Source of the DNA: Bacteroidota bacterium
Lineage (GTDB): Bacteria > Bacteroidota > Ignavibacteria > UBA10030
Length of the DNA: 64,000 nucleotides
NCBI GenBank assembly: GCA_049522195.1
Contig: JBEKOB010000002.1
Location: 49,392-113,391 of the forward strand
Direction: 5' to 3'
In this document: piece after piece, positions 49,469 through 58,541 of the stretch
Layout of the letters: the number at the start of each line of letters is the position of its first letter
Position numbering within the stretch: position 1 is the stretch's first letter
The notes under the pieces: model-generated
The model's input: the letters and a program-made list of their open reading frames with translations, nothing else
What the model was told of the DNA's origin: nothing
The model's database searches: none
Program-made: the position numbers and the translations under genes

Positions 49469-50629
49469 TTAGCCAACATGTCGCAGCCCGTCAACGATTT
49501 TCGTTGTCAATGCCCGCTGGATGGGGAAAATCGACGCAACAACACCAACGACGAGAGCCGAAGAGGCAGCCAGAATCACCGTAATTGGCTCGATATTAAA
49601 GATCGGGAAAAACCCTTTTGGTACCGCGGCAGCAAACCCCGCGACAAAGGGGAAGGTGAAGAACAAACCAAGCCCGCCTCCGAGTACAGAGATGAGCATC
49701 GACTCCCCAAGGATCAATCCAACAAGATGTCCGGCTGAAAATCCGAGAGTCTTGAACACGGCGTACTCACGGGTCCGCTCACGGGCGGACATGATCATTG
49801 TGTTGCCGACCACGAGCATGATGATGCCGATGATGACGAAGGACATGAAATTCATTGCCGTGATGATGGCACTAGCCGCCGCAACGAATCCCTGCTGGAA
49901 AGCGCGTTCGGTCTCTGTTTTTGTTTCCGCGCGCGAATTCTTAAAGAGGCCATCAATCTGATCTGAGATAGTCGCCGACTGTGCCGGGTTGGCAATCCGG
50001 ACGACATACCATCCCACCTCCCCGGCACGACCTGGCGAATCTTTCTTCATCTGTTCGTCAAGATATTGCCAGTGGAAGAACATCTGCGTTGCATCGGTGG
50101 TCTTGTCGCGCGGCTTGTAGATACCACGAACGACAAACCGCCAAGTGCCGGGATAGATATCCCCCTCAATCTGGATGATATCGCCGAGCTTGAAGCCGTA
50201 CTGTTTCGCCAGATCAGCACCCACAACGCATGAATTGCGTTCGCGCTTGAAACTCTGAAGCTGTTCCGAGTCGAGCAGAAACTCTGGATAGACATCAAAG
50301 AGGGTCTCCGGGTCGACCGCCATCCGGGCGAAGAACTGGTTCTTGTCGATATAAACGCCCTGAAACCAATTCAAATACGTGACCTGTTCGACGCCGGGAA
50401 GTTTCGCGACTTGATCCCGGTATGAATAGGGAAGAGGAAAAATGAATGAAACAGCCTGCCGTGTAATAAGGCGGTTTGCGGCTGAGCCCTCCACGCCGGC
50501 ATACCATGCGGTGACCACCGTACGGAGTAAGCCAAAGGCCATTACGGCAATGGCAATCGCAAGGATTGTCAGTGTGCTCCGGAGCTTGTGGCGCAGAGCA
50601 TTTTTGAATATGAGTTTGAAGACTTTCAT
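49469..50629 (-). CDS. ABC transporter permease, FtsX/MacB-type (permease 1)
   Basis: 386 aa with the same architecture (...FKTLGFSAGHLVGLILGESMLISVLGGGLGLFF...). The start is adjacent to the ATPase stop. Confidence 0.85.
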   Translation of the reverse strand: MKVFKLIFKNALRHKLRSTLTILAIAIAVMAFGLLRTVVTAWYAGVEGSAANRLITRQAVSFIFPLPYSYRDQVAKLPGVEQVTYLNWFQGVYIDKNQFFARMAVDPETLFDVYPEFLLDSEQLQSFKRERNSCVVGADLAKQYGFKLGDIIQIEGDIYPGTWRFVVRGIYKPRDKTTDATQMFFHWQYLDEQMKKDSPGRAGEVGWYVVRIANPAQSATISDQIDGLFKNSRAETKTETERAFQQGFVAAASAIITAMNFMSFVIIGIIMLVVGNTMIMSARERTREYAVFKTLGFSAGHLVGLILGESMLISVLGGGLGLFFTFPFVAGFAAAVPKGFFPIFNIEPITVILAASSALVVGVVASIFPIQRALTTKIVDGLRHVG

Positions 50630-50632
50630 CGT

Positions 50633-51310
50633 CTAGTCTTGCCGGAACTCCCCTTTATCAAGATGCCGGATGATGTGTGCTTTTTCAGCCGCCCTGGGGT
50701 CGTGTGTTACCATCACAATCGTTTTCTTGAATTCCCTGTTCAGCCGGTCCAGCAGCGTGAGAATCTCGTCTGCCGATTGCTTATCGAGATCGCCCGTCGG
50801 TTCGTCGGCAACCAGGATTGTCGGATCGGTGGTAATGGCACGCGCAATTGCCACGCGCTGTTCCTGTCCGCCCGAAAGCTGTTTCGGGTAGTGGCGCATC
50901 CTGTCATTCAATCCCACAACCGTCAGCGCGGTTTCCACGTGTTGTCGCCGTTCCTGCTTTGAGAGTGACGTAAGCAACAGTGGCAGCTCGACGTTCTCAT
51001 ACGCCGTAAGGACAGGAATAAGATTGTAGAATTGAAAGATGAAGCCGACGTTTGAAGCACGCCATTTTGCGAGCCGCGATTCGTTCAACGTCGCAATATC
51101 CGTTCCGGAGACGTTGATGCTTCCTTTGTTCGGTCGATCGATGCCGGCGATGAGATTCAAAAGCGTTGTTTTGCCCGATCCGGACGGGCCCATCAGCGCG
51201 AGGAATTCACCAGAAGGCACATCGAAAGAGATGTTATTGAGAACGGGGATTTCGAAGCTATCCCGCCAATATGATTTTGAAACGCCCTGTACCCGAATAA
51301 TTGGATCCAT
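50633..51310 (-). CDS. ABC transporter ATP-binding protein, MacB/LolD-type
   Basis: 225 aa. Walker [11 protein letters not shown]-loop, signature [14 protein letters not shown], Walker [14 protein letters not shown]-loop VTHD. Confidence 0.92.
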   Translation of the reverse strand: MDPIIRVQGVSKSYWRDSFEIPVLNNISFDVPSGEFLALMGPSGSGKTTLLNLIAGIDRPNKGSINVSGTDIATLNESRLAKWRASNVGFIFQFYNLIPVLTAYENVELPLLLTSLSKQERRQHVETALTVVGLNDRMRHYPKQLSGGQEQRVAIARAITTDPTILVADEPTGDLDKQSADEILTLLDRLNREFKKTIVMVTHDPRAAEKAHIIRHLDKGEFRQD

Positions 51311-51349
51311 ATTCTCTTTCCTGTCCGTCTGATTCTTTCGAACGTGGAG

Positions 51350-52543
51350 TTATCGAATTTTTATGCGAGAACCGTTGCCGATCTGCTCCGTCACATTGGT
51401 AATAACCTTGTCGCCTGAAGACACGCCCTGCGTCACCTCCACGAGTGCGCCAAATTCCCTGCCAACAACGATTGGTGTTTCGACAGCCTGGTTCTCGTGA
51501 ACAGCATACACCACCTTCTTGCCGCCCCGCGTCGCAACTGCCGTGAGCGGAACCGTCAACATCGGTTTCGCCGACAACGCAGCGACATCCGCGGCTTTCG
51601 TGAGAAACAGAACCTTGGCACTCATCTCGGGGAGCACTTTGCTGTCATATGATTCAAAACCAACCTTTACCATAACGGTCGCTTTCGCGCGGTCTGCTGT
51701 CGGGACAACTTTGGCGACATATCCCTGGTAGCGAACGGTGGGGTACGCGTCCAGCGTAATTTCGCATGGTTGATCGGGAACAATCCGCTCGATGTTGGAT
51801 TCCGAAACATCCGCCTCAACCTGGAGGGAACCCATGTCCGCAATCGTTACCACCGCCGACTTGGAGCTTGCGCTTGCGGCCATCGGGGCGACCATTTCAC
51901 CGACATCAGCATTCTTTGTGAGAACAGTACCATCAAAGGGTGCACGGATAAGCGTGTTTTCGAGGGCCACCTGAGCTCCGACAACGGTGGCTTTCGCCAT
52001 ATCGATGGACGCGAGGACCCGTTGGTACCGTGCTTCCGCCGCGTCATAATCTGACTGCATCGACACGCCGCTCTGCAGAAGTTTTTTCTGGCGATCGAGC
52101 CACTGTGTGGCATCTTTCAGATCGGCCTCGTTCACCTGGAGGTTGGCCCGCGCCTGTGCGAGAGAAGCCTTCATATCGGTGTCTTCAATGCGAGCGAGCA
52201 CCTGCCCCCTTTTCACCCGATCCCCCTCAACGACACTAAGGTACTCCAGTCGGCCGGTAGCCTTCGACGCAACAGCAGCTTTTCGTTGTGCGACGACGTA
52301 GCCGCTCGCGGTGAGGACTGCGTTTGCCTGGGAAGGGGATGAGAGCGAGGCTGCGGTGAGTTGAACCTCTATAGCAGACTCGAACGAACGTGATAAGAGG
52401 ATATAACCAAGAACAATTATCAGAATAGCAATGCTTGGAAAGACGATAACCCTGAGCGAGGAGCGTGGTCCACGCGACTGAGGCTCCTCATCTTGTGAGC
52501 GATTAATGCGTAAGCCGGAGAGGTCGGCGTTCTTATTTTCCAT
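51350..52543 (-). CDS. HlyD/MacA-family periplasmic adaptor (membrane fusion) protein
   Basis: Start taken at MENKNADLSGL... (track start 52657 is 38 codons upstream). An N-terminal TM anchor, a coiled-coil hairpin (...ARANLQVNEADLKDATQWLDRQKKLLQSGV...), and lipoyl/beta-barrel segments. Confidence 0.85.
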   Translation of the reverse strand: MENKNADLSGLRINRSQDEEPQSRGPRSSLRVIVFPSIAILIIVLGYILLSRSFESAIEVQLTAASLSSPSQANAVLTASGYVVAQRKAAVASKATGRLEYLSVVEGDRVKRGQVLARIEDTDMKASLAQARANLQVNEADLKDATQWLDRQKKLLQSGVSMQSDYDAAEARYQRVLASIDMAKATVVGAQVALENTLIRAPFDGTVLTKNADVGEMVAPMAASASSKSAVVTIADMGSLQVEADVSESNIERIVPDQPCEITLDAYPTVRYQGYVAKVVPTADRAKATVMVKVGFESYDSKVLPEMSAKVLFLTKAADVAALSAKPMLTVPLTAVATRGGKKVVYAVHENQAVETPIVVGREFGALVEVTQGVSSGDKVITNVTEQIGNGSRIKIR

Positions 52544-52902
52544 GATTTCGGATTCGAAGAATTGAAGGTGCTGGGTGCGCAGATGATACGGGAGAATCCT
52601 GTTACTTGTTTCAAAACAATATCCTGGCATACGTAGTTCCGGGAGTAGCGGACACAAATCCCGCTTCGCTCTGCAGGTCGGAACAGTCGTTGTCAGAGGG
52701 TGGTAGTGCTTAAAGGTGTTTGATTTTCCGGCCGAGCATCTCAGTGGTCTTCAGAATGCGCGCTCTCCGCGTCTCGTCTTTCTTCGCACTCTCGATCCAT
52801 CGCACGCACTCCTTCCGATGGGTGTACGAGAGCAATCCAAAGAACTCGCTTAACTTCTTGTTCCTGACAGGAGCCTGGACGTTTCAATCGGGGACTTTCC
52901 GA

Positions 52903-54030
52903 CTATTCTTTGTACATCCAAGCGGCGTCCGTCGACTGCATTGTATCCGTATATCCACCGAGAATCAAGACCGCGCCGTTGTTGAGTAACGAAGCAGTAC
53001 CATAGTAGTACGCTTCGTCCAAGTCAGCGATTGTCCGGAAATGTTTCATGAGAAAATCGAAAACCTCGACCGTCTTGCTGCCGCCGCAGATCAGGATATT
53101 GCCGCCGGCAAGCTGGACGACCGCAGAGGGAAACTTAAACCGCTGACTCTCCATAGACTGAATAGGAGTGAACTTCTCTGATTTCCAGTCATAGATTTCA
53201 GCGGTGCTATACTTTCCCTGCCAGTCATGCTCGTCAGATCCGCCAAGGATTAATGTGTGACCATCCTTGAGCAAGATTGCAGCATGCTTGTAGCGGGGGA
53301 GCTTCATTGCTCCGGCGGGAGTAAAGGTCCCGGTAGCTGGATCGTACACTTCCCCTGACGAGAGAACTGTGTGGGCGCTTGATCCTCCAAGCACAAGAAC
53401 CTTGCCGTCGGGTAGGAGCGTAGCCGTGTGCGCCAACCGCGGGGTGGTCATCGAACCCGTGGTGGAAAATTGATTCGTCGCCGGATGAAATAAATCGGCG
53501 GAGGCAGTCGCAACCACGTCCCCGCCGCCGACGATGAGCACATCACCGGTCGGTAGAAGCGTTGCGGTCGAACCACCACGCTCAACCGACATGTTTCCAA
53601 CCGCTATGAAAGTCTGTGAAGAGGGCTCATACAGTTCGGCGCTTGCAGTCATTCCCTTCTCAGTGAAGCCTCCGGCGATCAACACTCTGCCGTTGGGAAG
53701 CAGCGTTGCGGTGTGTCCGGCGCGGCGAGCGTTCATATCGCCAGTCCGCAAAAACGATTCCGTTTTTGGATCAAACAACTCCGCGGTGAGAGAATAAATC
53801 TGGCTGTGCCCATCGGGACCCTTCTTGAATCCTCCGGCAATGAGAACCCTGCCATCCCGAAGAACCGTTGCGCTGTGGCTTGCCCTGATCTCGTGCATCG
53901 CCTGTATTCTTGAGAGCACGTGGCTATGCTGACCCGCGGAAAGATTGCAGGACTGAAAGAAGCAAATAATCGGGAAGAGCATTGTGAAGGAAAGAGACAC
54001 AAACGCTCTGATGAAGAATGGAGTTTTCAT
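52903..54030 (-). CDS. Kelch-repeat beta-propeller lipoprotein
   Basis: Start at MKTPFFIRAFVSLSFTMLFPIICFFQSC (lipobox-like ...FFQSC). It has 6-7 Kelch units, each with the GG doublet, Tyr/Trp and R..(H/A) pattern (for example RRAGHTATLLPNGRVLIAGG, ERGGSTATLLPTGDVLIVGG). Confidence 0.75.
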   Translation of the reverse strand: MKTPFFIRAFVSLSFTMLFPIICFFQSCNLSAGQHSHVLSRIQAMHEIRASHSATVLRDGRVLIAGGFKKGPDGHSQIYSLTAELFDPKTESFLRTGDMNARRAGHTATLLPNGRVLIAGGFTEKGMTASAELYEPSSQTFIAVGNMSVERGGSTATLLPTGDVLIVGGGDVVATASADLFHPATNQFSTTGSMTTPRLAHTATLLPDGKVLVLGGSSAHTVLSSGEVYDPATGTFTPAGAMKLPRYKHAAILLKDGHTLILGGSDEHDWQGKYSTAEIYDWKSEKFTPIQSMESQRFKFPSAVVQLAGGNILICGGSKTVEVFDFLMKHFRTIADLDEAYYYGTASLLNNGAVLILGGYTDTMQSTDAAWMYKE

Positions 54031-54219
54031 ATACTGAAAGCTTTCAAAAGTACACTCATGCGGGAATATTGCCCGTCCGGCAAAAAAACTTCTTTGACAT
54101 CGTTTCCCGCACCATGAGTTTAACACCGCGAAGGGAGAGATTGATTCCCTGGGACAGCGCATCTGGTTTTACGACCTTCGCAGAAATGGCAAACCACCAA
54201 ACCAGCAAAACGAGTATTT

Positions 54220-54666
54220 TCAGGAGGCTTTTACCGATTCGGCGGAATTCTGCGCCCTTGTGCGCCTCTGTTCGTCCAGCGACCAGCGTCCGCCGCCGAC
54301 AAGAAAAAGGCAGATTAAGCCGAGAAGCATCGACCAATCAACACGGGCTTCATGAGCCATCTTCCAGAATCCCTCATGAAGCAACATGGGAATTTTCGTG
54401 GTTGCTATGGCGACGAGGATGTTGATGGTAAGCGGAACCGCGGCGAGACGTGTGAAGAGGCCGAAAAGAAGAAGCGCTCCGCATAGAATCTCAACAACTC
54501 CAACAAAGGGAGCCATAATCTCCGGTGCCGGGATGCCGATCTTGATAAACCGGCCTACGCCTAACGCATCCTGGAATAGAAATTTCTGAATCCCCTCCGC
54601 AAGAAAAACACTCCCGACCATCAGGCGCACGAGGAAAACGGGCGCAGTATCCCATGATGTTTTCAT
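54220..54666 (-). CDS. DoxX-family membrane protein
   Basis: Start at MKTSWDTAPVFLVRLMVGSVFLAEGIQKF. Four TM segments with the DoxX pattern (...FVGVVEILCGALLLFGLFTRLAA...). Confidence 0.7.
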   Translation of the reverse strand: MKTSWDTAPVFLVRLMVGSVFLAEGIQKFLFQDALGVGRFIKIGIPAPEIMAPFVGVVEILCGALLLFGLFTRLAAVPLTINILVAIATTKIPMLLHEGFWKMAHEARVDWSMLLGLICLFLVGGGRWSLDEQRRTRAQNSAESVKAS

Positions 54667-54831
54667 TTCATCTCCTTCATCTATGGCGTGAATAATCCGA
54701 GATCGTTGATGCCCCCCGGGAATCGACAAGCAACAAATTCATGACTCTTAGGGTGACTCGACCACAACAGCACATCTCCATCATCTGAAAACCACGCGTT
54801 GTGGCTGAGCGTTCCCCGGGCGGCGCTTAGC

Positions 54832-54890
54832 ATTCAGCTACCAGCCAAAAGCTGACCGCTGAAAGCTGAATGCTGACCGCTATTCCCAGC
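54832..54890. promoter_or_regulatory. Perfect 11-bp inverted repeat with internal direct repeats in the divergent DoxX / sensor-phosphatase promoter region
   Basis: agcattcagct-N24-agctgaatgct. The loop and flank contain gctgaccgct twice. It is located about 100-150 nt upstream of the PDZ-GAF-PP2C gene start. Coordinates are approximate. Confidence 0.35.
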
Positions 54891-54984
54891 CTCTCGTTGC
54901 ATCACTCCTGAAAAACAAACACCTTATACGGAACAATACTAAGCTGCGACTCGTATCCACAAAGAGTACCCTCACACCAAAACA

Positions 54985-57759
54985 ATGTCCTATTTTGACC
55001 GACACCCCAATCAATTTCGCCTTGCGTTCGGAATTTTCACAGGGTATCTCTGCGTCCTCGCCGCTATTACGTTCTACCAGATCGCGACCAGGCCAACCGA
55101 CGAGAATCTTTTTGCCAACCCGCAATCCAATCTCTACGTTACGAAAAACATTCCGGCAACCCTGGTAACAGGGAAGAGGGGTCCGACCGACAACGAAATA
55201 CGTCTTGGTGATCTGATCGTTGCGGTCGACAGGATGTCTGTTGCGGATCAGGACGTGCTGCAGAAGGAGCTTGCGCGGACGCCAGACTCCACAGCAGAGA
55301 TCACTGTCGTTCGGTTTAAGACAGGCGACAAGAGGGTGTATCGTGTTACCAAACATCAACTAACGGAAGGGATCGTTCGCGACCTCGGACCGACAGCCAG
55401 GGTCATCGATGTAACCGCTGGTGGTGCCTCTGATCGTGCCGGCATGAATGTCGGCGATCTGATACTCCGGATCAACGGCCAGAATTTCAAGAACTCCACC
55501 GACGCAGATCGTATCCTGGCCGAAGGGCAGATAGGCAAGGATCTCGTGTACGATGTGCTGCGGGACAACGAAGTGCTGTCGCTCCACGTGATAATTGCCG
55601 CGATCGGTGTCGCATTTCCAGTACTTGTCTCAACGCTGTCAGGCCTTGTGTTCTTTGCGATCGGAGTCTTTCTCGGGCTTGTCAGACCGCGGTATATTGC
55701 GGCGAGACTGATCAGCCTCGCCTTTGTAGCGTTCGGGTTCTTTATCATCGTGGTCCTGATCCGCCGCGGGTACATTCTATCGACGTTTGATGTCGTGCGA
55801 AACATCACGATGGTCGTTGTCCTCTACTTTGCAATCCCGCTCTTGATCCATGCGTCGCACTATTTCCCGAAGGAGCGCCCGGAGCTTCTTGCGCGCAAAT
55901 GGATACGGTGGGTTGCGTACGCACTTGCCTTGGTTTGCATCGCCGCCCCGATGGCTCTTGGAGATTCGGCATTCTTTGGAGGGCTCATCCTCCTCGTTGT
56001 TTATGCTCTCGTTATCAGGCTTGCATTTCGAAAACAGGCAAGCGATGAATATAAACGCCTCAACAGCGTTGTAAGGAATACTTCTCTTATCGCTGCCGGG
56101 GCATCCCTTCTCTGCGCGGTCTTCCTCGTGTATCGTTATCAGAGCTCGGACCTCGGGTACATTACGTTGCCCCTGATTCTCATTCCCCTCGGTCATCTCT
56201 ATGCCATTGGCCGATACCGTCTGATGGGGCTCGACCTGCGCATCCGGCGAAATGTACAATACATCCTCGTCACATCGCTCTGGATCGCCATCGTCGGTTT
56301 CGTGGCGTTCAGGATTTTGTTTTGGCTCCAGGGAACGCAGCTTCCCATTCCCAATATTCATCTGACAGCAACATCGGTGGAGGTGCTCGACGCACCGCTC
56401 CAGCCGGAGCAACGGATATGGCTGGAGAAGGGGATCCTCATGCTCCTGTCGGTTCTCGTCGTGTCCGCTGGCTGGAAAGTCGCCCGGCGCGGTCAAAACC
56501 TCATTGATACACTATACTTCCGCTCACGGTACGACTATCGGCGGGCTGCTAACGAGCTGGCAGAAGTGATGGCGACGAAGCTGAGCATGGTTGAACTTGC
56601 ACGGGGGATGGTCGAGAAACTCTCCGGATTGCTGCAGCTCAAACGCGTCGGCGTGTTGTTCTTCCGGGACGAATGTGCCTGCTGTTGCCAGGAAGTGCAC
56701 GGCTTCGACGGGACGGCATGGGCAGAATTCTGTGTCAAGCACGACCGGGAACTGACGAACGAACTCCTAAAGCTGGAAGGCGAATCAAGCGTCGGTGCTC
56801 TCCCCGAGGGACTTCGAAGCGAGTTTCGAAAGAACGGCTTCCTCTATGTCGCTACCATCCGGTCGAAGGAGAAGCTCGTCGGTGCATTGCTCGTCGGCGA
56901 AAAGCGATCAGAAGCAACGTTTCAACAAGAGGATCTCGATTTCCTGGAGGTAGTCGCAAAACAGGCCTCCGTTGCAATTGAAAACGCATTTCTGTATGAA
57001 GCGCTCGCCGAGCAGGAGCGGCTGAAGCATGAACTGGCCATTGCGCGAAAGATCCAGCTTGCATCCCTGCCGCAAATGACGCCGGAGATCAAAGGACTTG
57101 ATATTGCCGGAGCGTCTCATCCAGCGCTCGAGGTAGGAGGAGATTATTTCGATTATCTCAACGGGAAGGCGGATAAGATCACCATTATCGTCGGGGATGT
57201 CAGCGGAAAGGGAACGTCTGCCGCACTGTATATGTCGAAGGTCCAGGGTATCCTTCGATCCCTCAACGCCTTCGACCTCTCGCCGAAGGAACTGTTCGTT
57301 CGGACGAACAAGCTCCTCTGCCACGATCTCGAAAAAAGTTCATTTGTGACAGCAATTACCGGAGCATTCGAGCCGCAGGCGCGAAAACTTGTGTTGGCCC
57401 GTGCCGGCCATTTGCCGCTGTACCACTACGTTGCCCAAACACAGAAGGTTGAAGTTGTAACCCCGAAGGGGTTGGGCCTTGGACTTGAGTCCACAGATCT
57501 TTTTGCTTCCGAGCTGGAAGAACGAGTCATGTTCTATCAGCCCAATGATGTCTTCGTATTCGCCAGCGATGGCGTAACGGAGGCTGAAGATGAATCAGGC
57601 GGACAGCTTGGGGAGGAAGGCCTGGTACGCGTGATCGCGCAGCATGCCGGCGAGGATGCAAACAGTATTCTCAATCAAATTATGGAAGCAGTGAAGGATT
57701 TTTGCCACGGCGGGGAGCAACACGACGATCAAACGGTGGTTATCGTAAAAGCTCGTTGA
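54985..57759 (+). CDS. Membrane-bound sensor phosphatase: 2x PDZ, multi-TM, GAF, PP2C (SpoIIE/RsbU-type) domains
   Basis: 924 aa. PDZ-like segments (GDLIVAVDRMSV..., GMNVGDLILRINGQNF...). About 8 TM helices. A GAF-like region. A C-terminal PP2C phosphatase with metal-binding motifs GGDYFDY, IVGDVSGKG, FASDGVTEAEDESG and a terminal D in VVIVKAR. Confidence 0.8.
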   Translation: MSYFDRHPNQFRLAFGIFTGYLCVLAAITFYQIATRPTDENLFANPQSNLYVTKNIPATLVTGKRGPTDNEIRLGDLIVAVDRMSVADQDVLQKELARTPDSTAEITVVRFKTGDKRVYRVTKHQLTEGIVRDLGPTARVIDVTAGGASDRAGMNVGDLILRINGQNFKNSTDADRILAEGQIGKDLVYDVLRDNEVLSLHVIIAAIGVAFPVLVSTLSGLVFFAIGVFLGLVRPRYIAARLISLAFVAFGFFIIVVLIRRGYILSTFDVVRNITMVVVLYFAIPLLIHASHYFPKERPELLARKWIRWVAYALALVCIAAPMALGDSAFFGGLILLVVYALVIRLAFRKQASDEYKRLNSVVRNTSLIAAGASLLCAVFLVYRYQSSDLGYITLPLILIPLGHLYAIGRYRLMGLDLRIRRNVQYILVTSLWIAIVGFVAFRILFWLQGTQLPIPNIHLTATSVEVLDAPLQPEQRIWLEKGILMLLSVLVVSAGWKVARRGQNLIDTLYFRSRYDYRRAANELAEVMATKLSMVELARGMVEKLSGLLQLKRVGVLFFRDECACCCQEVHGFDGTAWAEFCVKHDRELTNELLKLEGESSVGALPEGLRSEFRKNGFLYVATIRSKEKLVGALLVGEKRSEATFQQEDLDFLEVVAKQASVAIENAFLYEALAEQERLKHELAIARKIQLASLPQMTPEIKGLDIAGASHPALEVGGDYFDYLNGKADKITIIVGDVSGKGTSAALYMSKVQGILRSLNAFDLSPKELFVRTNKLLCHDLEKSSFVTAITGAFEPQARKLVLARAGHLPLYHYVAQTQKVEVVTPKGLGLGLESTDLFASELEERVMFYQPNDVFVFASDGVTEAEDESGGQLGEEGLVRVIAQHAGEDANSILNQIMEAVKDFCHGGEQHDDQTVVIVKAR

Positions 57760-57776
57760 ACAATCCGGCAGCTGAG

Positions 57777-58541
57777 TCAGATCCGCTCGCACTCCTGTGA
57801 TCGTATCCATCCGACCTTTCCATCCGCAAGAACGATCTTCACCCAATCGCCCACTGAGTCACTCAGCTTTACCTTCAATCCCTCGTGGATGACAAACGCA
57901 TCCAGGCTTTGAGCGTCGGGAGATGTCTTTGCCGTAGCGACAGAGGTCGTGACGATTGCGTCGTTTCGTATGCGGGCATCGGCGATCTGCGTCACAAGAA
58001 GTACGCCGACGGGGATTAACCACACCAGCGCTGCGATCGTGAGCGTGCGGAGCAATCGCAGGATATTCGGGCTTGTAAGAATGTAGAGAGCTGCCAGGCT
58101 GGCGAACAGGATCAGCCACCCAAGAGCAAAGAGCCATGTCGTGGTATGTAGCGGCACGTACGACGAGACCGTACGCAGCCATTCGATGAAGAACAACTCC
58201 GGCAGCGGCTCGATCCTGTCGGCGGTCTTGAGGTTGACAAGATCAAGATTGTGCTTGATGTCGTGGTCGTTGGGGTGGAGGCGCAATGCCCGTTCGTATG
58301 CGAGGATAGCCGGTGCCGTTTTTCCCAGACGATAATACGAATTGCCGAGGTTGAAATAGATTGCGGGGCTGGCCATTCCCTGTTTCAGGATGCTCTCGTA
58401 CACCATCGCCGCCTGATCGAACTTCCCGTCGCGATAGAACGCATTCCCGCGTTCAAATTCATCCATTGCTGTTTGAGCTGCCGCAGACGCGCAGAGGCCA
58501 CCGAGAACAAGCATCAATATGAACAATTGTCGCAGCTTCAT
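57777..58541 (-). CDS. batE: BatE-like protein (TPR repeats, TM segment, C-terminal SH3b-like domain)
   Basis: Start at MKLRQLFILMLVLGGLCASAAAQ (signal). TPR-like YFNLGNSYYRLGKTAPAILAYERALRLHP. TM VPLHTTTWLFALGWLILFASLAALYIL. SH3b-like ...GDWVKIVLADGKVGWIRSQECE. Last gene of the bat operon. Confidence 0.6.
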   Translation of the reverse strand: MKLRQLFILMLVLGGLCASAAAQTAMDEFERGNAFYRDGKFDQAAMVYESILKQGMASPAIYFNLGNSYYRLGKTAPAILAYERALRLHPNDHDIKHNLDLVNLKTADRIEPLPELFFIEWLRTVSSYVPLHTTTWLFALGWLILFASLAALYILTSPNILRLLRTLTIAALVWLIPVGVLLVTQIADARIRNDAIVTTSVATAKTSPDAQSLDAFVIHEGLKVKLSDSVGDWVKIVLADGKVGWIRSQECERI

